Source: Botryllus schlosseri
Taxonomy: Eukaryota
Assembly (NCBI GenBank): GCA_051294905.1
Contig: CM119380.1
Span: forward strand, 1,860,001-1,924,000
Length of the DNA: 64,000 nucleotides
Reading direction: 5' to 3'
Shown: piece after piece, positions 36,600 to 48,749 of the stretch
How positions within the stretch are numbered: the first letter of the stretch is position 1
Layout of the letters: the number at the start of each line of letters is the position of its first letter
Position numbers and translations under genes: made by a program
The notes under the pieces: model-generated
Database searches by the model: none
The model's input: the letters and a program-made list of their open reading frames with translations, nothing else
Told to the model about the DNA's origin: nothing

Positions 36600-37950
36600 G
36601 AGCGGAAAATCTTTGGTCCCAAGGTGTGTCCACGACTCTTCATTTGCGATGGGGGCTTCGTGATCATGAAACCAATCTTGTCCAATTATATGGATGAGAC
36701 TCTGCAATCTTACATCAACCGATGCCATCGCGTTGTTACTTGATTAGCAACAGAAAGCGACCTGAAAAAGCCATTCCTTCATTTATGTGCGAGTCATCTC
36801 ATGAAAAACTTCAAATCGTTGTGCTCGAAAAATAAGAAGAGTTTCGGGACTTGATGTACATTTTCGGTTTGCTGGTGGCACACCAGCTCGTAATTTTATT
36901 GCATACAACCAACCAAACAATGGCAGAAAACTCGATGCGTTTCTTTCTTGACAGCATATATCATGATGAGGAATTTAGATTTCATTCTAGCAACATTGCT
37001 GAAGATTTGGTCGGGCGATGTTGGAGGTAGAATCTGCTGGGTCGTCAGGTGAAAATCTTTTTCATATGCCTGAGATGTTCAATTCCTTCAAAGATAATTT
37101 TTTCACCGAAATTGCCGTTGATTACGAGTCTTCTCACCGGTGATTTGAGTAGATATGGAAACTCGAGCTCGTATGGGAAATATGGAAAGTTTTACAAATC
37201 GCTGAAAGGTCGCAAATATCAAAACTTGACTCGCAACTGTAGGACTGCTGGTATAATGGAAAATTCGAATCAGGAGCTGAAGCGTTGTCGTTTGCAAGGA
37301 CGCCGATTTTCTGGACTAGACGAGTTCGCATGTAATCGTCTATGATGATTTGCATAAGTCCTTGATTCGTGAGTACCATGACAATCTTCAATCATTTCCA
37401 CCCGTCAAAAGCAGAAGGCGCGCCAGTGTTCCACCTGAAGATGTTGAGGTTTGGAAAAAAATCACAGAAATGAGAATCCTAATAAAAATATTGGGAAATA
37501 TTTCCAGCCACCCCGGAAACCTCTGCGCGGTGTGACAAGCTGTAAGAGTAAAGCACTTGTCGGTAATGGTGATCTGGACAATCACGAGACTGGTGATCTC
37601 GACGATCACGGCCGAGAAAGGCTGGTGACGACTCATCCCAATATTCCAGCTCAACAACAGCATAACCACGGAGATACGAAAAACACCCTCACTGACATTG
37701 GAGTCACTTCAGACAAAACCAGGAACCTCCTCCCATTCAAATTCACAGGTATATATAGACATTCCCCTCCAGCACTCATAGTACGCAGTAAGTTAGCGAT
37801 TTCGAAATGATACAATCTCCCATTTCAGACATTGCTTCGCTGTGGACCTCGAGGATGGAAAAAAACCGGATCGAAGCTGTTGTGAACCACGCGCCACTCT
37901 TCAAGTCTGATCTAATGACTCTCAAAGGTCCTGGCTTAATGATGCGGTAT
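36600..37950 (+). pseudogene. Second, diverged NOF-FB-like MULE transposase relic, followed by the start of a Ulp1-like domain
   Basis: PRLFICDGG, ETLQSYINRC, FLHLCASHLMKNFK, LLTGDLSRYG, RTAGIMENSNQELK; near 37890-37950 LFKSDLMTLKGPG-LNDAV. The hAT copy at 38004 follows shortly after. Confidence 0.6.
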
Positions 37951-38003
37951 GTTTTAGCGTCGTGTATGATATAGCAATTTATAACTGCATGGTTTGTCTA
38001 CTA

Positions 38004-38997
38004 CAGAGGTCTCAAACTCAAATGTGCTTGCAGGCCAATTTTCCAGTTTTAGACGACGCCGCGGGCCGCAGCATCAATAAGGGCATTCTATGTCTTTCCA
38101 AGTAGGCCTTATTTGACGGGATGAAATTGTCCTATTCAAAAGCAGCCGACCTAACATACTGACATTCCGTACACATTGCAAAAATGTGATTTACTTTTGT
38201 AGCAATTTGGACCTGGCACGAAAAAAATTATCACACTTATAACTATTTAAATAGAATTGCCGTTGTACTTGGTAGATAATATAGTTATAAGATATCGACA
38301 CCGTGCAAGCGTACAAATGCATGATGTCATCATAAAAGCTATCTCGTTATAATTTTGTAGCTACTATGACTATTTTGAATTTAACAGATTGATAATAGAT
38401 ATTGATCTGATATCACAGCATTTAGGGTTGGGCAGTGTAGCCCAATCCAGGATTCGGGAATACTCCTGATAATTCGGCTATTAATCTCATCATGATTGTC
38501 CTTATGGTCAAATAATACCTTGGAATATTGGGGCATATAAATAATAATATAAATATATTGTAAATAATTTATTGTAAATAAAATATAAGTATATTGTAAA
38601 TATAAACGCCAAACATCGTTACATCGATTGAGCGTACCACTGCGGTACTCAGTACTCAGATGTAACTAACATGTTGCCAATAGTTCGCGTCCAAGTCACA
38701 ACTTACAAATTTCAGTCACAAGTCATCCAAGGGTCTGGTTTTATCATCATGAATTGGAAATGTGACGAAATAGTTAATCTTCTACTGCATGGTAGCGTTT
38801 GCAATTGATGTGACGGTGAAGTTTGATGAATAGTTTCAGGCTTTCGGAGCAATTTGAGAAAAAAATTCAACTTTTAAAACCTTGAAAGGTATATATCTGG
38901 CACTTATATATGGTCAAGGTATATATCTGGCACTTATATATGGTCAAACACTTGAAAATCTAAAATGTCGTCGCGGCCCGCGTGTTTGAGACCTCTG
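38004..38997 (+). mobile_element. hAT family C, copy 2
   Basis: Both termini present (cagaggtctcaaac ... gtttgagacctctg), but flanks differ (gtctacta vs ctataaaa). Confidence 0.9.
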
Positions 38998-40446
38998 CTA
39001 TAAAACGTTTTTAGATATAAGAGCTTATAATTCACCCAAAAACTACTCTAAAAATCCTTGAAATCTCAACAAACTTCACGATCACATCAATTTTAAAAAC
39101 TACCATGCGGTAGGAGATCAGGTATTACGTCACATTTCCAGTTAATGATGATAAAACATGACCCGTTGATAATTGAGATTTGGTTTGGTCCGACCTCTCG
39201 TAAAACTGCTCGATTTCGGATTGACTGGGTAATTAAATAAAAATGACTCGAGTTAAGTCGGGTCAGAGCAGGACTGGCGACTCGGAACGGTGACTTCGTA
39301 ATCCTACGGACAAAACAATCTATGAAACTGTCATGGGGGAATAGTAATATATCAAAATGTCGTAGCTTGCGTTGCGTATATAGCTTTTTGATCAGGTCAG
39401 TATGGCAAACATTGGCATTCCGTGACCCCCGTGACGCATAGTTGGTTATATGTTGGGTGTTGTTCTCTTTATCCATGTTATTATCGGTGGCGAGTAAGGT
39501 AGTAGTACGCTCTACAGCTGTAACACCAATGAATTCTTCGCCGATTGGACATTTATATTCCAGGGATCCTCAATCAGGGCTCGTAGACCCATCGGGGTAC
39601 GAAGCAGCCAAGCGGGGTGTACGAGAGAGATTGTGGAATTAGGCCTATGTGGAATATTTCTTGGCCCATTCGTTCAACTGGAAAATATTCTTCACGGCTC
39701 GTGCGATTTTATGTTAATGGGCTTTATTCTGATTTTAATATAGACCATCAGAAATTGTGTTGAAAATGGACGGGTTACGATAAATCTCATTGGAAGCACA
39801 AGGGGTGCGATCGCTAAAAAGGTTACGAAGCAATGCTATTACTATGGCTCAATAATGGTTATATTCAAGTTTATTGATATATTTCAATAATAATCGAAGG
39901 CAAAATCTGACGCTGATTTAGTTTGACTTTTGCAATGACAGTAACAATAGCCCATACTTATCACGTCTATATCAAAACCAGGTTTAGCCTATACACTATA
40001 CAGCTTATATGCTCTCATATCAAAGCAATCATGAGTAGATTTTAAAATATTCTACATGAAATTGTGGCACGCCAAAGGTCCACGGACAGTTTTACGATGT
40101 CATGATGCATCGTCTCGCATGATGTCTTTAATAAAAAAAATAGGCCCGTCACAAAAACAATTTTATTCAAGTATTTGAAATTGGGCATTTTTTCCGTGTC
40201 AAAAAGCGTGAATAAGACAATGGTAAATTACGTTTCCACGATGTTTGTGGAATGCCTGTCGGACAAGGTTCCGTCAAATAAGGCATACTTGGAAAAATAT
40301 TGAATATCCCTATTATTGATGCTGCGGCCCGCGGCGTCATCAAAAACTAGGAAATGGACCCGCCAGCACATTTGAGTTTGAGACCTCTGTTTTATAGCAC
40401 TTGAAATTCCCAAATGCCGCCGCGGGCCGCGTGTTTGACACCTCTG
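38998..40446 (-). mobile_element. hAT family C, copy 3: inverted body (38998-40389) plus forward right-end stub (40390-40446)
   Basis: The left TIR is on the minus strand at 40376-40389 and the body is the reverse complement of copy 1. The stub ttttatagcacttgaaa...gtgtttgacacctctg continues the body. Confidence 0.9.
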
Positions 40447-40744
40447 ATTTGTGTTGCTCACTCCCAAATTGACGCCATCTGTTTAAACCAGCTTTCAGTT
40501 TCTGTCACTGCAGAAAGGACAGGAAAACCAAGGTTACGGTATCGAAGACAATTTCAACGAGGGAGGCCACGACGAGGAATATTTTTCAGACTAGATTCGT
40601 GTTTTTAGCCTATAGAAATTGTTCATTGATATATGCAACTATCAGGCTACGCAAACGCAATTATACGCAGCGACACTTGAGAGTAACGGGTGTAAAATAT
40701 TACGAAAAATGAAACTTCAAATATAAAATTGACTTACTGTAGAT

Positions 40745-41740
40745 CAGGGGTCGCCAACTCAAAACGGGTCGCGGGCCACTTTTCAAATTTCGTAGAGGCT
40801 GCGGGCCGCATGAATTCGATATCGATGAAAAATAGGCAACAACGTTTTAAAACTCTACGTCAGTACACCGGTGAGCTCCCTAACATAGACGATGGACATA
40901 TTGACCACAGAAGAAATAATATTTTATTAAAGGAATACAAATACAACAAAAAATCATTATCATCAATATTATTTTATTTTGAACTGTGAGCTGTGCACGA
41001 TACCTGGAAACGATTTTCAGCGACTGAGGAATCGATATTGGGACCAGCGAGATGCGTGACTAGCTGAAAGACCATATCGACGTAAAACTTGATCTTGTGG
41101 GGTAGCCCTAAGCCAGTGTTTCTCAAAGTTTTTTAGACGCGTCCCCTTTTATGATACTGAAAAATCGTCATATCACGAAATGCAACCAGAATGCTAGCAA
41201 TCCCAACGGCTAGTTTGGTGGCATGGAAGGTTATGACTGTTGATGAGAGAGTTTGGAAATACCAAATTTGGACTACACACAGAGCATTAACTATGAATTA
41301 AATGTTATTCGCGCGGAGCGCGAAAAAACTTTCAGTTGAGCGCATCCCCGCCACCCCATCAGATGCTTTCGAGCTCCGAGGGTCGTGAGCTCCCCAGTTT
41401 GGGAACCACTGCCTTAAGCCGTTTTCTAAGCGTCTCGGTCTTGGCAGTGTTTGGGCCATTGCAAGTCAAGACAATATGCCCAATGACCATTCATCAGCTG
41501 ATTCTCCCTCGATGGAATGTTGTAGCCATCGTCTAAGCCGTTTTAGCTAGTGACGAATAGTGATATTGGGCACAAGAGAATAGCTAATTTTTAAACAACA
41601 ACAACAATATGTTGACACTGTAGTCAATTTCAGCATTTCAAATTGGATTTCTTAGCTTTCTTCCGAAATCTCAAATCAGGTCGCGGGCCGCAGAATAAGA
41701 CTTGGCGGGCCGCATGCGGCCCGCGTGTTGGTGACCCCTG
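40745..41740. mobile_element. hAT family D non-autonomous element
   Basis: TIR caggggtcgccaac/gttggtgacccctg; TSD ctgtagat (40737-40744, 41741-41748). Confidence 0.93.
41114..41411. mobile_element. 298-bp hAT MITE nested in family D
   Basis: TIR cagtgtttctcaaa/tttgggaaccactg; TSD ccctaagc/ccttaagc (1 mismatch). Confidence 0.8.
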
Positions 41741-42302
41741 CTGTAGATAGTAATTGTACAGGCAAACTTAGTCCGACATACCACCGACGCCGCTGTCACG
41801 TTTTCCGCACACCTGTGCCTCTCGCAGGTTACGGTGCGCATACAACGCATGCAAACCACATACCCCCTGATCTCGAGATCAAAAGCTAACAAAATGAAAA
41901 AAATCACTAAACTATACAACAAACTAGAATATAATAGTATCCCATATCAAAGTCTGCCAAACAACCTGGTCGTGCCCTTCTGCGAGATGGACTTAGTTCT
42001 ACTTCTGGCATCAATTCTTCGCCCAATGGTTCACCTTCCGAAGCCATTGTCGATTCACTGGCATTTTCGTCATCAGTTGGAAATAAGTCAATCAGATGTA
42101 GCATTCTGCTCTGGCTTCGTTCCTGATCTGGACCGTAACCCATTACACGTCTTATATGTGATATATGACGGTTTGTTCCATTCACTTCAACAACCGAGTC
42201 CGATACAATATCCGTCACAGTTCCTTTGTTCCACATAGATGTACTCCTAGCATGAGGTGGCTTCACAAAGACACTTTCTCCGATGCTGTATGTGTTTAAA
42301 GG

Positions 42303-42566
42303 GGTTGCCCGACATATGAGCATGCGACACAATGGAAAACGACAGTTCTACATGGAACACATCAGCATGCGTCACTTAAGCATGTGACTTACCCTAACCC
42401 GAAACATAGCCTAACCTAACCTAACCTAGCCTAACCTAACCTAAAGCCTAACCCTAACCCAACCATAAATCCAACCCTAACCTACCCCTAACCAGTAATT
42501 TAACCCACATGCTCATGTGTCGCATGCGGAAGTCTCGCATGCCGTAATGTCGCATGCTCACGGACC
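42303..42566. mobile_element. 264-bp MITE with a (CCTAA/CCCTAA)n core, inserted in the Gypsy integrase
   Basis: Duplication gtttaaagg (42294-42302, 42567-42575); subterminal IR tgagcatgcgaca/tgtcgcatgctca. Removing it restores KGPLN|TYSIGE. Confidence 0.8.
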
Positions 42567-43382
42567 GTTTAAAGGTCCCTTTCTGGAATTGCGGTCTTTT
42601 GCTACTCCGCGCTCTCCATCTGAAAGAGTAGACTCATAACGAAATACCCTCTCAACCGGTACGACATTCTCAAAGTTTGGGGTATTATTATTATTATACC
42701 AATACACCATTTCACTCACACTACCACCAGTCCTGGCCCCCATCCGTTTGATGGTCCTGTGATTTCTTTCAACAATCGAATTTCCTGAATGTTTGTAAGC
42801 ACAGCTGAATACATGGCCAATTCCCAAATTCCACAAAAATTGTGACATTTTTGTGACTTTTAAAGCAACTACCATTGTCACTCAAAATTTCGTCGACAGC
42901 CCCACGCTCCAGCAACACTTGGCTTAGATGCTGGATGAATTAATCGTTCGGTAGATTCAGTCGTTATCTTCCTCCATATTGCAAATCGACTTGGACCATA
43001 ATCAATCATACTTAAGTGACCATAATCAATCATACTTAAGTAAGGCTGTCCAACAACGTATGCAATGTCTAACGCCAGCCTACTCCATACTTTATCCGCC
43101 GAAAACTGCCCGTGTTCCCACTTGACTGGATGATGATCAATTTGGCGACATATGTTACAATTGTCAACCACCTGTTCAACCATTTCCCGGCTTACTTCAC
43201 GCCCCAAGTAGCGTTCTGCTACATACAATGGTCTATATGTGCCCTGGTGATGCTTTTCGTGGAACCTCTTGACACGATCTTCCACCGCTTGACTTTGCGG
43301 GGCGACTCCCACAAATCTTTGGGTGCTCCGTGGTACCCGTGTCAAAGCATCAGCTATGTTTTTTGCAGAGGGAACCAGACGC

Positions 43383-43598
43383 CAGAGGTGGTCAATAACG
43401 AAGTACTTCTACTTTTCAAGTAGTTATGATTTTAGACTACTTATACTCGTACTTGACAGTTTTCAGTTTTGTAGGCAAAATAGGTGTAGAATACCTACTT
43501 ACTTATGAACCACCACTCCTATTTCTACTTGAGTTGAAATTCCGGCGTTACTTCTACTTCTACTTGAGTAGCGACGGTGACTACTTTGACCACCTCTG
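43383..43598. mobile_element. 216-bp hAT MITE in Gypsy pol
   Basis: Perfect TIR cagaggtggtcaa/ttgaccacctctg; TSD ccagacgc/ccagacgg; tacttYtac/tacttgagt internal repeats. Confidence 0.88.
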
Positions 43599-45599
43599 CC
43601 AGACGGACTCTGACTTTCATATCATATTTTTCAATCAACTGTGCAGTGTGCAATCAATCCCAGCCTTCTAACAATCATTTCACTCGAGCCATGCACTCTT
43701 GACCGGTTCAAATTCTTTAAAATTGATCTCAACCAGTTGTAAACACTTGCGGAATCAGTGATACTCTCTAATGTCCTTACTTTCTATTTTAGCGCTAGAT
43801 TCAGTCCCTTCACCACAGCCTCCAATTCTGCGACGTTGTGAGCACCATCATCCTGCTTTCTCATCCAGGCCGCATCTTCCACTACTTGGCCATCCACCAT
43901 TAGGCAACACCCATATTGCTAGGATACTAGCATCACACCAAAGTTGCACCCTTCCTCCAGCAGGAGCTTGCCAAATTCCCCTCACTTGATCGTTCTCTTT
44001 CACCCTTGCAAGGATTTCGCCAGCTACTTGTAACACATGATATGATACTGTTTCTTCCCATGCCACTTCATTAGCAAGGCGCTTTACGTAGCTGGAAGCA
44101 ATCATCAGCCAGCCTGCCACAGGGTAGTGACCGATATGTTCACCAAACATAGAAAAGAGCTGGCTCTTTGGCCATTCTTCAGCCGGCTCTGGCAGGATTC
44201 CATCTCTGGCCCATTCATACGATCCCGCAGCCGTCGCAGTGACTCTCAGTCCTAATACCCGTGTATCGTTCAACGGGACAGGCTCCTTTGCTCTTAGTCC
44301 ATACCGTAATAAGTGCCTCCTCACCGTTTCCACATCCACGATACTGGCATCAACAAATTTTTCATCGATATAATGATCTGTTCCACATTTTATCTCTTGA
44401 CTCTGCGACAATACCACCGACAGGATCCTTGACATTTCTTTTGGCGCGACATTGAGGCTAAATCCCATACGCGTCATGACGTATTTCTTCTCGCCATGCT
44501 GCACGATTTGAAATTTGTACAAGCGCTCTGAAACGTGGATTTGTAGATATGCTTTGTGCAGATCTAACATATATGCATGTGTGCCTTTCTCTCAGTTTTT
44601 CCTGGCACACCAGAATTATCTGCACCGGGAGAACTCATCACATGACTATTCACCTCGCGGTAATCCATAACTGGCCGCACCTTTCTTGATTTGTTTGGGT
44701 GTTTTACTGCCATCAGAGGAATCAGACCCTTTATTGGCGTCCATGAACGTCTGGGTTGTATTCTTCCAATCAGCAATTTTGAATCCATGATTCACTTCAT
44801 GATGGAACTCCTCTTGGCACTCAGGTGGAATCGCGTACCCTGGACAACGGTTTGACAAGGTTGGCTCTTGATTCGTCCATTTCCACTCTACAATCCACTT
44901 TGAGCTACCAAAAATAGCGTTGAAATCTTCATCATCGATAACCAGCTTCTCCACTTCTTCAATCAACTTATCATCTTCTTTACTCAACTTCTCGACTTCT
45001 ACTTCAATCGACTTCTCAACTTCTTCTTCACTCAGCTTCTCAATTTCTTCCTGATAACTCACTCCCACAGCAGCATATGTGGGAAGTGCACCAAACCGTA
45101 CTCGAAGATCTGGACCAACAAACACCCCATCCATCCCCTCGATCACATCCGTCCCCAGAATCACCCTTGCATTACAAACCAGAGGAGTTGCTGTTAAAAC
45201 TTCCATACAGAGGTCAACTTCGTCAATTTCCAGTTTGACTGTCATTTCACCATGACTAAATCTTAATTCGCCATTCAACATTTCCACAACTAGCTTTGGT
45301 CCCCTCACTGGCACGCCCAATTGCTTACACACAACTTCTCGCACCACAGACCTCTGGCAACCACTATCAAAGAGAGCTTCTACAGATATTCCAAATATTT
45401 TTACAGAAATGATTGGCAGCAACTTTTTCCTCACTGTCGGTGGCTGGGTTCTGACCGTTCCCCATTGCCGTTTCCTGATTGATTGGTGGTGTAGCACCGT
45501 TCTTGCAGAACAGAGCTAGATGGGTGGTGTCAACAGCACGGACTGTTGGCCAAGAACTACATCCCGTGCAATATATGTAGCGGAGTGACGGCTCTAGTC

Positions 45600-46261
45600 G
45601 AAGATGGAGGCCTTTCGGACGGATACAGGTGAAGGTACCGGGACTGCGAAGCGTTTGTACTTGTACGAGGTGGCATCGTATAAAAATATCCAATGCGTAT
45701 GCCGGACGGCGACGGAAAGCACGTGCAACTGGAGGAACTACGCGAGAGGTATTTATTGCGACTTTTTGTGGACAACCCCTTACAACTCTGAGGTAGTTGA
45801 GATCGACGGATCCGCGTTTGTACGTCGCAAACACCACGTCGGAAGGCTGGTCAATATCCAATGGGCATTCGCGGGCATCGACGTGGAGTCTAGGGAGGGG
45901 GTTCCTGGTGGGTGTGGAGCATCGAAATGCTGATACGCTGTTGCCAATCCTACAAGAATATGTTCGCCCCGGAACGACCGTGGTGTCGGATCTATGAGCG
46001 GCATGTAACGCCATTGGCGATATCGGCTATAAGCATCTGACGGTGAACCACAGTCTAAACTTTGTGGATCCCATCACGCACGCCACGACTAACCACGTGG
46101 AGGCCATGTGTGTACGCGCCAAACAGCGCAATAAACGAGAATGTGGTACACGTCGAGACCTCCTTGATACGTACCTGTTAGAGTTTATGTGCCGCATGAA
46201 ATTTGGAGATCATCCGTATGAGCATCTGCTCCTACATATTCGGATCAAACATCCCGTTTAA
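45600..46261 (+). pseudogene. Merlin / ISXO2-IS1595-like DDE transposase, frameshifted
   Basis: VVEIDGSAFVRRKHHVGR, QWAFAGID, RNADTLLPILQEYVRPGTTVVSD, VNHSLNFVDP..ATTNHVEAM, YLLEFM. Confidence 0.88.
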
Positions 46262-47515
46262 AAGGACCTTTTCAGGGCCACCACAAGGTGCTTTTCAGGG
46301 CCCATAAAAATTGTGTTTTGAGAGTGGTGCGGGATTCCATATTCCGTGTATTTATTACGCTACACTTTTTTTGTGCATCTCCGTCTCAGAAGGATTGTGC
46401 GATACGCGGATATCAATAGTTGGTTAGTCAGTAATTTCTATATAGCGAAACGCACTATTCCAGTGGTTTAACCTGTGGACCGCGGCTTATACCAGTGTGT
46501 CGATTGGATTGCAATTTCACTAATTTTTGATTTTACTCATAATTGCTCCATATTAATCACAATAATTCTTTACTGTAAGTAAGAAAACGCTAATGAAAAG
46601 GATATAATATGAACAAGTGTAGCTTACTCATGCATCAAGTAAACAATGCAACACTTTAAAAATCGTCAGAAGTGGTTTTGTTTGCGTGACGAACGTCAGT
46701 GAAATGAGAAATCTTCTTTTAGTATGGACCACAACACCATGTAACAAAATTTTGCAAAATTCAAGTTGAATAAAAATTTTCATGTATTGTGTTTTGCTAT
46801 TCCAAACCAATCACTAAAATACAACTATTTTCTTCTGACGTGTCCCTAGTCTTTGAGAAATGAGTGATTTCTCGTCTTACTCAAAATTGCCCTGTATTAA
46901 TACGTACAAACACACTAACAAAACGAAGGAATATGCACAACTACATATCGAAATGCCTTGACTGGTACTAGATCTCTCGAAGTCATTTTATTGTCAAGTG
47001 CTTTACAGAGGATTGCGAACATTCCCGCATAAGCAAGGAGAACCTACCACAAAAAATACCGTTAAAATCGTTCATGCCTTTTTCTCGACGAAGGACATCG
47101 ACACGATGAAGGCAAACAAGTTCCTTACAGTTTCAACCTTGGAGTCAGAATTTCCGTATTTGATTTCTAACTAAAACATTCTAGGTGGATCAGTGCCTGA
47201 TCATTATTTTAATTAACATTTTCGGAATCGGTGCAACAGTAGCTTTCGATCAAGACCAGATTCTGTAATTTCTGCGCTCGGGACGATAGGTTTTCGATTG
47301 CCAGAAATCCTACAGTCGCTTACGCAAAACAATTCTCAACTCCAGCCTCAACGAAGCGGAACGAAGCTGCAAAATCGGCCGCTGCCGTTCGATGTTAAAT
47401 TTCTATAGCATTACTCACTAGATACACAATCAGTGCATCAACAGAACAAAACGATAAGGCATAAACAGAACAAAACAAAACTGGACTTGTCGCTAGCGAC
47501 TGCCATAAACAAAAC

Positions 47516-47700
47516 ACCGGTCGGGTCAGACCAAAAACTCTAAAACCGGTATCCGCGGCTATCCAGCTAGGCGCTCAGCATCCATGGACAGCGGAGGAGA
47601 AAAATACGGTGGCGCAGACTAGATGACCTTGCTTAAAGGTCGTATCGCATCTCCATCGTCAAAAGCATCTCGATGGTGTCGGCGAAAATAAATCTGATCT
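47516..47700 (+). mobile_element. 5'-truncated V-core-type SINE
   Basis: cgggtcagaccaaaaactctaaaaccggtatccgcggct..ctaggcgctcagca; reverse-complement match to 51490-51650. Confidence 0.7.
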
Positions 47701-48749
47701 CTCTCTCACTTTGAAATTTCGAACTGCCTTTGCTTGTATAGGAATGTATTCAGGCCCCGTATTATCAGTTGTTTCGTGTTTCTTCCGCTGTTACACCATC
47801 GAATGGATAAGGTTCGTATCAGCTATGCTCCTTAATGGTTAACACTTTCACTAGTTTCGTTTTTTAGTTTGTTGTGTAATTACCTATACTTTAATTTGCG
47901 CTCTTCACTTCTGTACTATCTTATGATTTTATTCTCATCTTCGTAATAGTATTGAGAAATTACTCAAAAAAAAAAATCGCAACTACTCCTTCGGGTCGTA
48001 AGCATTGCCGGTATTTGCTACAGAAAAGGAGAGGCTAACACGCCCTACCTATAACTTTACCACCCCTGACGACGTGAGGTGCTATGGTAGAGTTCATTTG
48101 GACTGAGCCATGTTCATGATACTATATTACTTCCCTCAGCTTATACTATATATTATTTTGGTAATCCTATGTCCTTATTTTGACTTTACCTTCATTTATA
48201 CGTTATCTTCCCGCAAGAACTCTTAATCCTATATTTTCCCAGATTTTATGTTACATGATATCTACCCAAAAACACCCAACCTTTGAATTCCTGTCGATAG
48301 AGTCTTTAGCCAAAACACCAGAATGTCTTGTTTACTGAATTCCTACCAATATATATATATATATCATGTCTTAAAATATGAACAAGAACTTTCGTGGATC
48401 CATTGCGTAAACTCTGTACTACGTCCTTACGGCCGTAGCCATAGGCGCCGAACCTAGGTATGCAAGGCATGCCACGCATACCTAGAATTCTGTTTGGCAT
48501 GTATCGGCATAAACGTCGATTGTGCTATTTAGAACAAATGGCAATATATTTCCGTTTACGACATTACGTGCTGCCGCTAATGTGAGCGACGCAGAATGAT
48601 ACGTACGCGATTCTATAATGAAGACGTCGGTTTCTACAAGCGCTGTAACACGATCGTGTCTCTCGGTTTGACGAACAAATACACGCTCTAGAAATGAAAT
48701 TGTATTTGTGACCGGAAAGAAATTGTGACGTGACTGAACAAAAGAATGC

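Larger units (their letters stand above)
41907..45500 (-). pseudogene. Ty3/Gypsy-type pol relic (PR-RT-RH-IN order); gag largely missing
   Basis: LFDSGC protease; VRPVMDYREVN, LDLHKAYLQI, YVMTRMGFSLNVAP, YIDE (for YIDD); LWCDAS RNase H; HHQG..CNIC, RLALDI, GNSIVERNHRTIK integrase. Confidence 0.88.

Noticed and set aside
41749-41945. Possible Gypsy LTR
   Set aside because: No second copy, and no convincing TG...CA ends or polypurine tract could be fixed.
42390-42495. Possible telomere or chromosome-fusion scar
   Set aside because: The tract is short, mixed, and enclosed in a TSD-flanked MITE inside a Gypsy ORF.
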